Shown here piece by piece: positions 1 to 9,828 of a stretch of DNA of 44,234 nt (within the stretch, counting starts at the first letter, position 1; the number at the start of each line of letters is the position of its first letter). The DNA comes from an uncultured Muribaculaceae bacterium (GTDB lineage: Bacteria; Bacillota_I; Bacilli_A; RF39; UBA660). Location: NCBI GenBank assembly GCA_964553605.1, contig CAZKKR010000001.1:14956-59189 (forward strand). Reading direction: 5' to 3'. Made by a program: the position numbers and the translations under genes. The notes beneath the pieces are model-generated. The model was not told where the DNA came from, searched no databases, and saw nothing but the letters and a program-made list of their open reading frames with translations.

Positions 1-114
1 AACCACAACCTGAGCCAGAACTTGAACCAATAGAACTTCCAACAAATCCAGAACCTGAACCACAACCTGAGCCAGAACTTGAACCAATAGAACTTCCAAC
101 AAATCCAGAACCAG
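1..114 (+). repeat. 57-bp (19-aa) tandem coding repeat, at least 2 copies
   Basis: Positions 1-55 are identical to 58-112; period 57 nt, in frame. A degenerate PTELPVNP echo follows. Confidence 0.95.
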
Positions 115-500
115 AGGTGAAAACAGAGGAACGACCTACGGAGCTTCCAGTAAATCCGATACCAGAAGAAGAAATCAGAAAAAATGTTGAGCTAGAAGAA
201 ACACCACAAATTTCAGAAAGTATAGAAGAACCAATAGCTACTGAAAGACAAATAGAAATACCAGAAAAAGGAACAACAGAAAATGTAGAACTTACTGAAG
301 ATTTAATAGGACAATTAGCTAACCAAGTTGAAACAGAAACAAGAGAAAACGAAAGAAAAGAAGCTCTAATTGGCGAAGCCGAACTTTTACTTGTTAGACT
401 AATGGAAGTTCGTGAAGAAGCTGCACGATTAGACGAAGAATTAAGAAAACTAAATGAACAAATTCAAAAAGAAATAGGTGAAGAATATGGTCAGAGATAA
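1..500 (+). CDS. 3' part of an acidic Pro/Glu-rich repeat protein (5'-truncated by window edge)
   Basis: The frame of the 117..500 ORF is open back to position 3 (PQPEPELEPIELPTNPEPE x2 then VKTEERP...), so GTG 117 is not the real start. It ends in a coiled-coil-like segment and ...EEYGQR. Confidence 0.85.
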   Translation, partial: PQPEPELEPIELPTNPEPEPQPEPELEPIELPTNPEPEVKTEERPTELPVNPIPEEEIRKNVELEETPQISESIEEPIATERQIEIPEKGTTENVELTEDLIGQLANQVETETRENERKEALIGEAELLLVRLMEVREEAARLDEELRKLNEQIQKEIGEEYGQR

Positions 501-618
501 GTTAAAACAATTATCCGAAGAAGAATTAGAAAGGCTAATTGAAAAGCTAAAATTTGAAATTAAAAAAACTGAAATATCAAATTTAAAGAAAAGAATAGAA
601 ATTGAGGATTTGAAATAA
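487..618 (+). CDS. small 43-aa charged helical protein (not in ORF track)
   Basis: ATG at 487 with AGGTGA RBS, overlapping the upstream stop. Reads MVRDKLKQLSEEELERLIEKLKFEIKKTEISNLKKRIEIEDLK and is followed directly by a terminator. Confidence 0.65.
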   Translation: MVRDKLKQLSEEELERLIEKLKFEIKKTEISNLKKRIEIEDLK

Positions 619-641
619 GAAGTCAAAAATTGACTTCTTTT
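617..641 (+). terminator. intrinsic terminator overlapping the pth -35 box
   Basis: AAGAAGTCAA-AAA-TTGACTTCTT-T. TTGACT at 630-635 and TATAAT at 654-659. Confidence 0.8.
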
Positions 642-682
642 ATATTTAAATAGTATAATACTAACGGGAAAAAGGTGATTTT

Positions 683-1270
683 ATGAAATTGATAGTTGGT
701 CTAGGAAACCCTGGAAAAGAATATGAAAAGACAAGACATAATGCCGGCTTCAGATTTATTGATGAATATGCTAAAGCAAACAATTTAGAATTTAATAAAG
801 AAAAATTTAAAGGATTATATACAACTTTCAATTATAAAAATGAAAAAGTTTTATTATTAAAACCTCAAAAATATATGAACCTATCTGGAGAAGTAATAAA
901 ATCATTTGCCGATTTTTATAAAATAAATGTTGAAGATATTTTAATAATATGTGATGATTTAGATACTGAAGTAGGGCATCTAAAATTAAAATATAAAGGG
1001 TCTTCAGGAGGACATAATGGACTCAAAAATATCGAAGAAAACCTTAAAACCAATGAATATAAAAGAGTAAAAATAGGTATATCAAATAATAAAGATGAAG
1101 AAAAAATAGATTACGTTATTGGAAAAGTGTCAAAAAAAGAACTTGAGAAAATAAATAGTGTAAATAAATATGCTACCGAATTAATAAACGATTTTCTTAC
1201 TATGAGTTTTGATAACGTAATGAGTAAATATAACAGTATAGAATATGAAAAGTGGCCTAAAAGAAGGTGA
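683..1270 (+). CDS. pth: peptidyl-tRNA hydrolase
   Basis: LIVGLGNPG, TRHNAGF, YMNLSG and GGHNGLK motifs; lies upstream of mfd. Confidence 0.98.
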   Translation: MKLIVGLGNPGKEYEKTRHNAGFRFIDEYAKANNLEFNKEKFKGLYTTFNYKNEKVLLLKPQKYMNLSGEVIKSFADFYKINVEDILIICDDLDTEVGHLKLKYKGSSGGHNGLKNIEENLKTNEYKRVKIGISNNKDEEKIDYVIGKVSKKELEKINSVNKYATELINDFLTMSFDNVMSKYNSIEYEKWPKRR

Positions 1271-1275
1271 TAAAA

Positions 1276-4200
1276 ATGAGCTTTCTTGATAAAATCTTTG
1301 AAATAAAAGATGAAAAAGAAATAATTGGCTTAACTCAAGAACTTAAAAGTCTTTATACATATCAAAAGTTCAAAAAAGAAAATAAGCCAATACTGCTAGT
1401 GACATCAAGTTTAAATGATGCCAGCAAATTTTATAATAATATAAGTACCCTTACTGACAAAGTAAGGTTTTTCCCAATGGATGATTTCTTAACAAGTGAA
1501 GCGATAGCTATATCACCAGAGTTTAAAACGACGAGACTAGAAACTATAAACTCCCTAGTAAATGATGAAAAACAAATAGTAATAACAAACCTTATGGGTT
1601 ACTTAAGATACCTGCCACCCATCAAAACTTTCAAAGAAAGTTTTATAGATGTTGAAAAAAATAAAGAAGTAGATTTTAAAAATTTAAAAGAAAAACTATA
1701 TGAACTAGGATATAAAAGAGAAACAATAGTAACTATGACAGGGGAAGTAGCTATAAGAGGATACGTCATAGATATTTTTCCAATCAACTCTGATAAGCCA
1801 GTAAGAATAGAATTTTGGGGTGACACTGTTGAAAGCATAAAAACCTTTGATACTGACACTCAAAGAAGTGAAAAAGAAATAGAAAAAATAAAAATATTTC
1901 CAAACACGGAAAAACTGATAAAAAACTCCTTTGATATTCCCCATAGAGATATGGGAAAACACATAGAAGTAATAAACATTGAAAAATATTTAAATAATGG
2001 AATAGTCATATATGATAATTTTCACGATATCAAAAATAATTATGAAGACCTAAAAGAAGAAATAAAAAACTATAACATAAGCACCGAAAGACCACATGAT
2101 ACAACCTATATGTTTGATTTAAATAAAATAAAAAACAAGGATGCAATAATCTTTGAAACATTTGACAACAAAACAAAAAAAGGTGTAAAGACATACAAAA
2201 CAAGTCAAATAGAACCATTTCCAAAAGGAAAAACAAATATAAACAAAAAATTAGATCTTCTTTTAAAAACAAACAAAAAAGTAATAATTTGTCAAAATAA
2301 CAGATATCAAATAAACAAAATAATAGAGGAATTAGAAAATTCCAAAATCGTATATACAAATGAAAATGAAATATATCCAAATAAAATAAACATAATCGTA
2401 AAAGAATTAAATAGTGGATTTGAAACAGAAGAATACATAGTTGTCACCAGCAAAGAATTATGGGGGAAAAAAGAAGAAAATCTCTACAAAACAAAATTTA
2501 GATACGGAAGTAAAATAAAAGACATAACAAAATTAAATATTGGAGATTATGTTGTTCATGGAGCTCACGGAATAGGAAAATATTTAGGATTAAAAACAAT
2601 AAATAAACAAGGAATAAAAAAAGACTATTTAACAGTAGAATATCAAGGTGGGGATAAACTATATATTCCTGTGGAAAAAATTGATTTAATCACAAAATAT
2701 TCAGGCAAAGAAGGAGCTATTCCAAGATTAAATAAACTCGGAGGCCATGACTGGGAAAAAACAAAAGCTAGAGCCAGAAAAAGAGCCGAAGATATGGCTG
2801 AAGATTTATTAAAATTATATGCAGCAAGAGAAGCCAACAAAGGATTTAAGTTTAATGAAGATGACATTGATCAAATAAACTTTGAAAAAGAATTTAAATA
2901 TGAAGAAACTAAAGATCAAATTAAAGTAACCGAAGAAATAAAAAAAGACATGGAATCTAGTAGGCCAATGGATAGATTACTATGTGGAGATGTAGGTTAT
3001 GGAAAAACAGAAGTAGCCTTTAGAGCAATATTTAAATGTATCTTATCAGGGAAACAAGCAGCTCTACTTTGTCCAACCACAATCTTATCTTCCCAACACT
3101 TCCAAAACGCTATAGATAGATTTAAATCATATCCTGTGGATATTGCAATATTAAATAGATTTGTCACCAATAAAGAATTAAAAGAGACGTTAGAAAAACT
3201 AGAAAAAGGACAAATAGATTTACTTATAGGTACTCATAGATTACTTTCAGAAGATGTAAAATTTAAAGATTTAGGTCTCCTAGTAATCGATGAAGAACAA
3301 AGATTTGGCGTAAAACACAAAGAAAAAATTAAAGAATATAAAAATAGCATTGATGTATTAACCTTATCAGCAACACCAATTCCAAGAACACTTCAAATGT
3401 CGATGGCCGGTATCAGAAGCCTATCAATGATTGAAACACCACCAGCTGAAAGATATCCGATTCAGACATATGTTTTAGCTGAAAACAACCAAATAATAAA
3501 AGAAGCCATAAATAAAGAATTGTCAAGGATGGGACAAACATTCATTTTATATAACAAGATATCTGACATAGAATCGAAAAAAATAGAATTAGAAAAGCTA
3601 ATTCCAGATGCAAAAATAGAAATAGCCCATGGAAGGATGGACAAAAATAAACTAGAAGACATAATGTTAAGATTTTCAAACCACGAATTTGATTGTCTTT
3701 TATGCACAACAATAATTGAAACAGGAATAGACATCCCAACGGTAAACACTTTAATAATAATTGATGCCGACAAATTTGGATTATCACAGCTTTATCAAAT
3801 TAGAGGTAGAATCGGTAGAAGCAACAAAGTTGCTTATTGCTATTTAATGTATAATAACAGAAAAGTATTGTCAGAAATAGCTACCAAAAGATTAAAAGTA
3901 ATCAAAGAATTTACCGAATTAGGAAGTGGTTTTGCCATAGCCATGAGAGATCTTTCAATAAGAGGAGCTGGCGATATTCTAGGAAAAGAGCAAGCTGGTT
4001 TCATTGATGCCGTTGGAATAGAACTATTCTTAGAAATGTTAAATGAAGAAATAAACAAATTAAAAGGTATTGAAGTAAAAGAAGAAACAGAAGAAACAAC
4101 ACCAGTTATTGATGTCGATACTGCAATTGATGACAGCTATGTTAAAGAAGAAGAATTAAAAATAGAAATACATAAACTAATAAATACAATAGATTCCAAA

Positions 4201-4554
4201 GAAAAAATCAAAAAGGTAAAAGAAGAAATAGAAGACCGTTTTGGCAAAATAGATGAAAAATTAGAAATATACATGCACGAAGAATATTTAGAAAAATTAG
4301 TTAAAGAAATAGATATTAAAAACATAAGACAAACTAAAAATTTTATCGAAATACCAATAAACAAAAAAGAAGCAAATAAAATTAACGGTGAAAAACTATT
4401 TTATGAACTTTCCAAAAAAGGAAAAATGTTTAGATTTACCAGCAAATTAAATAATCTATGTATAATTTTAGATACCGTAAAATTAGAAAAACATTACGTA
4501 TATTATTTAATTGATTTAATGGAATTAATTAAAGAATGCCAAAAAGAACTTTAG
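1276..4554 (+). CDS. mfd: transcription-repair coupling factor
   Basis: UvrB-like N-terminus, RID (GDYVVH..HGIG), PMDRLLCGDVGYGKT, DEEQRFG, SATPIPRT, QIRGRIGR, TRG motif. ATG 1276 chosen from the AGGTGA RBS. Confidence 0.98.
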   Translation: MSFLDKIFEIKDEKEIIGLTQELKSLYTYQKFKKENKPILLVTSSLNDASKFYNNISTLTDKVRFFPMDDFLTSEAIAISPEFKTTRLETINSLVNDEKQIVITNLMGYLRYLPPIKTFKESFIDVEKNKEVDFKNLKEKLYELGYKRETIVTMTGEVAIRGYVIDIFPINSDKPVRIEFWGDTVESIKTFDTDTQRSEKEIEKIKIFPNTEKLIKNSFDIPHRDMGKHIEVINIEKYLNNGIVIYDNFHDIKNNYEDLKEEIKNYNISTERPHDTTYMFDLNKIKNKDAIIFETFDNKTKKGVKTYKTSQIEPFPKGKTNINKKLDLLLKTNKKVIICQNNRYQINKIIEELENSKIVYTNENEIYPNKINIIVKELNSGFETEEYIVVTSKELWGKKEENLYKTKFRYGSKIKDITKLNIGDYVVHGAHGIGKYLGLKTINKQGIKKDYLTVEYQGGDKLYIPVEKIDLITKYSGKEGAIPRLNKLGGHDWEKTKARARKRAEDMAEDLLKLYAAREANKGFKFNEDDIDQINFEKEFKYEETKDQIKVTEEIKKDMESSRPMDRLLCGDVGYGKTEVAFRAIFKCILSGKQAALLCPTTILSSQHFQNAIDRFKSYPVDIAILNRFVTNKELKETLEKLEKGQIDLLIGTHRLLSEDVKFKDLGLLVIDEEQRFGVKHKEKIKEYKNSIDVLTLSATPIPRTLQMSMAGIRSLSMIETPPAERYPIQTYVLAENNQIIKEAINKELSRMGQTFILYNKISDIESKKIELEKLIPDAKIEIAHGRMDKNKLEDIMLRFSNHEFDCLLCTTIIETGIDIPTVNTLIIIDADKFGLSQLYQIRGRIGRSNKVAYCYLMYNNRKVLSEIATKRLKVIKEFTELGSGFAIAMRDLSIRGAGDILGKEQAGFIDAVGIELFLEMLNEEINKLKGIEVKEETEETTPVIDVDTAIDDSYVKEEELKIEIHKLINTIDSKEKIKKVKEEIEDRFGKIDEKLEIYMHEEYLEKLVKEIDIKNIRQTKNFIEIPINKKEANKINGEKLFYELSKKGKMFRFTSKLNNLCIILDTVKLEKHYVYYLIDLMELIKECQKEL

Positions 4555-4600
4555 AAAATCTAAAGTTCTTTTCATAAAAAAAGCAGAAATAGTCTGCTTT
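4541..4600. terminator. pair of hairpin terminators between convergent mfd and PPase
   Basis: AAAAGAACTTTAGA-AAA-TCTAAAGTTCTTTT, then AAAGCAGA-AATAG-TCTGCTTT preceded by an A-run (the U-tract of the minus strand). Confidence 0.8.
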
Positions 4601-4606
4601 ATAAAC

Positions 4607-6232
4607 TTAAGAATTGTTATCCATGTAATTCATTATCTTAGGAATAATTTGTTTTTTTCTAGAAACAACACCTTTAAAGAAAGTTCCTTCCTTAATATCT
4701 TCACAAGCAAAAGAATTTGCAAAAATATTTTGACTATTTTCGTTATAGAAAACATAAGAACCATTTTTCATTATATCTGTTACAAATAAAGCAATAACTG
4801 AATAATCTTCATCACGGGCAAGATCATTTAAAACTTTAACAAATTCATCTTGTCTACCCATAATTTCTTCAGTATTCATAGTTGAAACTTGACCAATACC
4901 AATTTTTTGGTTATCAACCATAAACACTTTAAAATCACCATGAATTACTTCACCAATTGATTTTCCTTTAATAGAAGAACCAGCTTTAAACATCTCCATT
5001 CCAAATTTTTTATAATCAACACCAGCTATCTTACTAAGATCCAATAAAGCTTTTTTATCAACATCAGTTGTCGTTGGCGAAGAAAGAAGGAGTGTATCAG
5101 AAATAATTCCAGAAAGCATTAAACCAGCGATATCTTTAGGGATATCAACACCATTTTCTTTAAACATTAAATACAATATAGTATTAGTTGATCCTAGTGG
5201 CATATTTCTAAAATTAATAGGCAAAGACGTTCCTATATTACCGATCTTATGATGATCAACAACCTCAATTATATCTGCCTCATCAAGACCAACCACACTT
5301 TGTTCAATTTCATTATGGTCAACTAAAATAACCTGCTTAGGTTTTTTATTATCAGTAATGCTTGCTCTAAAAACGCCCAAACACTTACCAGCCCCATTTA
5401 AAACAGGGTAATTACTAAATTTTTTCTTATTAGCTAGTTCCAAAGCGTCATATAATGAATCATTTTCCGTAACCGTAATTATTTCACTTTTCTGCACTTT
5501 ATTTCTTATATAATTACTTAAAACGCATAAGTTAGCTGAAAAAACTCCACTATATTTAGTACTGATAATGTTCACTTTATTTTCTTTAGCGCGCTCTAAA
5601 AGCTCTTTACTAATTGTAACACCGTTATCTAATATAATTAAAGAAACCCTATTTATAATCGCATGTTCAATAATTTTATAGCGGTCACCAACGATAATAA
5701 TACTTCCCTTATCGATTGGTACGGTTTCTCTAAAAGTTTCACTTTTATATGAAGGTAAAATTATATTACCTTTAATCTCATCATCAAATTTCAATATTTT
5801 TTTACCATTCAAAGATTGTAAAATGTTACTATATGAAGCATCTAAAAATCCCAAATTACCATCAATCAAATCATCAGTAATATATTTCATTGAAACTGCG
5901 CCTAAATAAAACCCTTCATCATCAACAACAGGAATTGTACTTATCTTAGTTTTATTCATATATTTATAAGCATTAAAAACAGAATCCTGTTCATTTAAAA
6001 AGCAGTTTTTATTATATCTTACATCTTTTATTTGTAACCTTACATCACTTAAATATTTGGGTGTCTTAAAACCAAAATAATCCAAAACAAATTTAGTTTC
6101 ATTATTAATATCACCTAAAACTCGAGGTTCTGTATTAAAACCAATTTTATTTTTCAAATAAGATAAAACAATAGCTGAAGTAACCGAATCAGTGTCCGGC
6201 TTTTGATGACCAAAAATAAGTGTTTTTGCCAT
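4607..6232 (-). CDS. ppaC: family II Mn-dependent inorganic pyrophosphatase with CBS-DRTGG-CBS insert
   Basis: GHQKPDTDS, LVDHNE, VVDHH, IISDTL and VSRKKQ motifs; a central insert with IPVVD, VGDR and YPVL. Confidence 0.95.
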   Translation of the reverse strand: MAKTLIFGHQKPDTDSVTSAIVLSYLKNKIGFNTEPRVLGDINNETKFVLDYFGFKTPKYLSDVRLQIKDVRYNKNCFLNEQDSVFNAYKYMNKTKISTIPVVDDEGFYLGAVSMKYITDDLIDGNLGFLDASYSNILQSLNGKKILKFDDEIKGNIILPSYKSETFRETVPIDKGSIIIVGDRYKIIEHAIINRVSLIILDNGVTISKELLERAKENKVNIISTKYSGVFSANLCVLSNYIRNKVQKSEIITVTENDSLYDALELANKKKFSNYPVLNGAGKCLGVFRASITDNKKPKQVILVDHNEIEQSVVGLDEADIIEVVDHHKIGNIGTSLPINFRNMPLGSTNTILYLMFKENGVDIPKDIAGLMLSGIISDTLLLSSPTTTDVDKKALLDLSKIAGVDYKKFGMEMFKAGSSIKGKSIGEVIHGDFKVFMVDNQKIGIGQVSTMNTEEIMGRQDEFVKVLNDLARDEDYSVIALFVTDIMKNGSYVFYNENSQNIFANSFACEDIKEGTFFKGVVSRKKQIIPKIMNYMDNNS

Positions 6233-6275
6233 TAAACCAACTCCTTCAAATTAATTTTATTATAACATGTTTAAG

Positions 6276-6303
6276 GTATAATTCCAACATTTTCGCATAC
6301 AAT
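6276..6303 (+). promoter_or_regulatory. putative forespore (sigmaF/G-type) promoter of spoVT
   Basis: GTATA-N14-GCATACAAT; same geometry as the site upstream of spoIIQ. Confidence 0.4.
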
Positions 6304-6330
6304 ATCCTTTAGAAAGAAGGAAAAGCAAAA

Positions 6331-6825
6331 ATGCAAGTAATAAGAAAAATAGATGATTTAGGTAGAATAGTCCTTCCGAAAGATATAAGAGAAAGCCTTA
6401 GAATAAAATGTGGTGATGACCTAGAAATAATTACTGAAAAAGAAAACGTCATATTAAAAAAACATTCAAAACTAACAAAACTTTTAGATGTTGAAAAGAT
6501 TATAATAGAATTATTAAAAGAAAAACTTAATTTATCCGCATTACTTACTGATAAAGATAAAATAATAACAGGTACAGCCAAAAATATGCAAAATGAAAAA
6601 ATAAGTGATGACCTTCTAAAAATAATTAACGAGAAAAAGCAAATAGAAAAAGAAGAATTAAACATAAGTAGTACAAAAAAAACAAAAAACCTCATAATAA
6701 CCCCCATTATAAAAAATGGAGATGCCATAGGATCTTTAGTAATCATGGATGCGAAAGAAATTAATGAAAAAGAACGTATAGTAATAGAAACTTTAATCAA
6801 CTTTTTAATAAAATATATTGAATAG
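6331..6825 (+). CDS. spoVT: SpoVT-like regulator (AbrB N-domain + GAF-like C-domain)
   Basis: IRKIDDLGRIVLPKDIRESLRI and PIIKNGDAIGSLV; position after mfd as in Bacillus. Confidence 0.85.
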   Translation: MQVIRKIDDLGRIVLPKDIRESLRIKCGDDLEIITEKENVILKKHSKLTKLLDVEKIIIELLKEKLNLSALLTDKDKIITGTAKNMQNEKISDDLLKIINEKKQIEKEELNISSTKKTKNLIITPIIKNGDAIGSLVIMDAKEINEKERIVIETLINFLIKYIE

Positions 6826-6855
6826 AAAAGAAAAACGTGTTATAATTCACGTAAA

Positions 6856-7063
6856 TGCGACGAAGGAAAGAAAAGTAGGAAACTTTGTAGAGAGTTTATG
6901 GTTGGTGAAAATAAACAAGCGAACTACTCTAAATGGCTCTGGAGCAGATTAATCGAATAATTAAATTAATCCGTAATAATGCGTTAAAAAATAAGAGGTA
7001 AGTAATACTTACAAATTAAGGTGGTACCACGTTCATAACGTCCTTATATTAAGGACGTTTTTA
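6856..7063 (+). promoter_or_regulatory. T-box riboswitch, Met specifier
   Basis: AGAGAG and GGTGAA stem I motifs, ATG specifier at 6933-6935, T-box AAGGTGGTACCACG at 7018-7031, terminator AACGTCCTTA-TAT-TAAGGACGTT-TTT. Extended -10 TGTTATAAT upstream; precedes metG. Confidence 0.93.
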
Positions 7064-7085
7064 TATTAAAAAGGAGGAAGTAATT

Positions 7086-8639
7086 ATGGATAAAACTTAT
7101 TATATAACCACACCTATATTTTATGCATCAGGAAAACCCCAAGTTGGTAATGCCTATAGTGCCGTTCTAGCCGACGCTATTGCGCGCTTTAAAAAGTTGC
7201 AAGGATATGATGTTATCTTTCAAACAGGAATGGATGAACATGGACAAAAGGTTGAAGAAAAAGCTAAAAATGCCGGCAAAAATCCCCAAGACTTTGTCGA
7301 TGAAATATCATTAGAAGTAAAAAGAGTATTAGAGTCAGTTAATGTCGACTACACAAATTTTGCTAGAACAACCAATCCAAATCATAAAAAACAAGTCCAA
7401 AATATATTTCAAAAACTATATGATAAAGGGGATATATATAAAGGAACATATGAAGGATTATATTGTACTCCATGCGAATCATTCTTTACCGAATCACAAT
7501 TAATTGATGGTAAATGTCCAGATTGCGGTCGAGAAGTTCATAAAACCAAAGAAGAAGCTTATTTTTTAAAACTTACAAAATATGAAAAATGGTTAAAAGA
7601 ATATATTGAAGAAAACAAAGATTATATAGTTCCAGAAACCAAAAGAAATGAAATGCTAAAATTTATTGAACAAGGATTAGATGACTTATGTGTTTCAAGG
7701 ACTTCCTTTGACTGGGGTATAAAAGTTCCATTTGATGAAAAACATGTAATATACGTATGGTTAGATGCTCTAACAAATTATATCACTTTCATAGGTTATG
7801 GTGAAGATGAAGAAAAGTTTAAAAAATATTGGCCAGCCAATCTGCATATAGTTGGTAAAGATATCCTAAGATTTCACACAATTTATTGGCCAATTATGCT
7901 AAAAGCTTTAGATTTACCTATCACCAAACAAGTTTTAGGACACCCATTTTTAGTTGATAATAAAGGTGAAAAAATGAGTAAATCTAAAGGCAATATGCTA
8001 TATGCTGATGCCCTAGCCAAAGATTTTACCTCAGACGGAGTAAGATATTATTTGTTAAGCGAATTAGGTTTATTTAATGATGGTAACATCGGTATAGATT
8101 TAATTCTAGATAAATATAATTCAGATTTAGCCAATGTTTTAGGAAACCTTGTTAATAGAACGATAAGCATGTCCAAAAAATATTTTGAAGGAAAAGTCTA
8201 TAAACCAGAAGCTTTCGAAGAAATTGACAAAGACTTAATTGAACAAGCTAAAAATTTAGGACCAAAAGTTGAAGAAAAAATCGGAGAATTAAAAATAGCA
8301 GAAGCTATAGGCGAAATATTTAATTTATATAAAAGAAGTAATAAATATATTGATGAAACAGAACCTTGGGTTTTAGCTAAAAATGAAGAAAAAGAAGAAA
8401 GATTAAAAACCGTTCTTTATAACTTACTTGAATCTATCAGAATAGCCACGGTCTACCTTCAAGCCTTTCTTCCAGAAACAGCCGACAAAATATTTAAGCA
8501 GTTAAATACCCAAAATAGATCATTCGAATCAACAAAAGACTTTAAAGGAATGGATCCAGGCATAACCTTAAATGATCCAGAAATACTATTCCAGAGAATT
8601 GATAAAGAAGAGTATTTTAAAGAAAAAGATAATGAATAA
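7086..8639 (+). CDS. metG: methionyl-tRNA synthetase (short form, no C-terminal Trbp111 domain)
   Basis: YYITTPIFY, TGMDEHGQK, Zn knuckle CTPC..CPDC, YVWLDAL, GKDILRFH, KMSKS; Met T-box upstream. Confidence 0.98.
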   Translation: MDKTYYITTPIFYASGKPQVGNAYSAVLADAIARFKKLQGYDVIFQTGMDEHGQKVEEKAKNAGKNPQDFVDEISLEVKRVLESVNVDYTNFARTTNPNHKKQVQNIFQKLYDKGDIYKGTYEGLYCTPCESFFTESQLIDGKCPDCGREVHKTKEEAYFLKLTKYEKWLKEYIEENKDYIVPETKRNEMLKFIEQGLDDLCVSRTSFDWGIKVPFDEKHVIYVWLDALTNYITFIGYGEDEEKFKKYWPANLHIVGKDILRFHTIYWPIMLKALDLPITKQVLGHPFLVDNKGEKMSKSKGNMLYADALAKDFTSDGVRYYLLSELGLFNDGNIGIDLILDKYNSDLANVLGNLVNRTISMSKKYFEGKVYKPEAFEEIDKDLIEQAKNLGPKVEEKIGELKIAEAIGEIFNLYKRSNKYIDETEPWVLAKNEEKEERLKTVLYNLLESIRIATVYLQAFLPETADKIFKQLNTQNRSFESTKDFKGMDPGITLNDPEILFQRIDKEEYFKEKDNE

Positions 8640-8660
8640 GAGTGTATTAAACACTCTTTT
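8638..8660 (+). terminator. intrinsic terminator of metG
   Basis: AAGAGTGT-ATTAA-ACACTCTT-TT. Confidence 0.75.
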
Positions 8661-8761
8661 CATTTAAAAAAATGTAAATTGTTGTAAAATGTCGATAAAC
8701 AATTGTTAAAAAAACCGCAGAACATGATATATTAAAAAAGGCAGGATAGAGAGGAAAAAAT

Positions 8762-8935
8762 ATGACTACAAATAATATAAGCTTCATAAGTATGATGTTT
8801 GTAGTAGGAATTAGCTATCTAATTATTGAAATAATTTATAAATTCAATATCCTAGATTTAATATACTTACTATTTATAGTAGGAAGTTTTATTAGGTTTA
8901 TCTATATAAGAAAAACAAGAAAAATCAAAGAATGA
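8762..8935 (+). CDS. small 57-aa two-TM membrane protein (not in ORF track)
   Basis: GAGAGG RBS and TGATATATT extended -10. Reads MTTNNISFISMMFVVGISYLIIEIIYKFNILDLIYLLFIVGSFIRFIYIRKTRKIKE, with two hydrophobic stretches and a basic tail. Confidence 0.65.
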   Translation: MTTNNISFISMMFVVGISYLIIEIIYKFNILDLIYLLFIVGSFIRFIYIRKTRKIKE

Positions 8936-8977
8936 CAAACATTCTTTTTTTGTTTATAATGAAAGTGGTGATGAAAA

Positions 8978-9736
8978 ATGATGATAGATACACACTGTCA
9001 CATATTAAAAGAAGATTATGAAAATAATGAAGAAGTAATAAAAAAAATGCAAGATAATATAATAATAGTAAGTGGAGCTAGTCCAAAAGACATTGATGAA
9101 ATAATTGACATAATAAATAAACACCAAAATGTATATGCAACAATAGGTATTCATCCAGAGTTTGCTGACACTTATACCAAAGAAGATATAATGAAATTGG
9201 AAGAAAATTTAACACATCCTAAAGTTGTCGGCCTAGGAGAAATAGGCCTAGACTATCACTATGGAAAAGAAAATGTTGAAAAACAAAAAGAACTATTTAT
9301 AAAACAAATAGAATTAGCAAACACCTATAAAAAAACAATAGTTATCCACAGTAGAGACGCTAAGGAAGACACATATAATATAATAGAAAAATATAAAGAT
9401 AAAACTACAAAATGTAATATGCACTGCTATAGCTATGATTTAGAAATGGCAAAAAAGTTAGTAAGTCAAGGAATAACCCTCGGAATAGGAGGAATACTAA
9501 CCTTTAAAAAAGAAAACACTTTAAAAGAAATAGTTAAAAATTTAGACATAAGTAGTTTTTTATTAGAAACCGACAGTCCTTACCTAAGTCCTGATCCATT
9601 AAGAGACAAAAAAAATGAACCTTACAACATAATATATGTTGCTAAAAAAATAGCCGAATTAAAAAATATGGATTATGAAAAAGTGCTTTCAGAAACGACA
9701 AAAAATGCTTTAAAACAATTTGCTATTAAACCTTAA
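8978..9736 (+). CDS. tatD: TatD family DNase
   Basis: IDTHCH, GIHP, GEIGLDY, IHSR and LETDSPYL motifs. Confidence 0.97.
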   Translation: MMIDTHCHILKEDYENNEEVIKKMQDNIIIVSGASPKDIDEIIDIINKHQNVYATIGIHPEFADTYTKEDIMKLEENLTHPKVVGLGEIGLDYHYGKENVEKQKELFIKQIELANTYKKTIVIHSRDAKEDTYNIIEKYKDKTTKCNMHCYSYDLEMAKKLVSQGITLGIGGILTFKKENTLKEIVKNLDISSFLLETDSPYLSPDPLRDKKNEPYNIIYVAKKIAELKNMDYEKVLSETTKNALKQFAIKP

Positions 9737-9763
9737 AAAACGTTGATTTAAAAGGGAAAGCCA

Positions 9764-9792
9764 TTGACTTTGAAAGCAAAAAATGGTATACT
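9764..9792 (+). promoter_or_regulatory. sigmaA promoter of G5-3D gene
   Basis: TTGACT-N17-TATACT with TG extension. Confidence 0.8.
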
Positions 9793-9828
9793 GTAAGTGG
9801 TTTCAATTTTGAAAATTAGAGGTGAAAA

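Noticed and set aside
1-114. Repeat at window start as a CRISPR array
   Set aside because: The repeats are contiguous without spacers and are in-frame coding.
8673-8688. TGTAAA direct repeat resembling a WalR box
   Set aside because: The period is 10 nt rather than the 11 nt of the WalR consensus, against an AT-rich background.
9342-9350. Perfect DnaA box TTATCCACA (another at 21805-21813)
   Set aside because: Both are isolated and lie inside conserved coding motifs (VIHSR of TatD, PYPQ of MscS). There is no cluster or dnaA gene.
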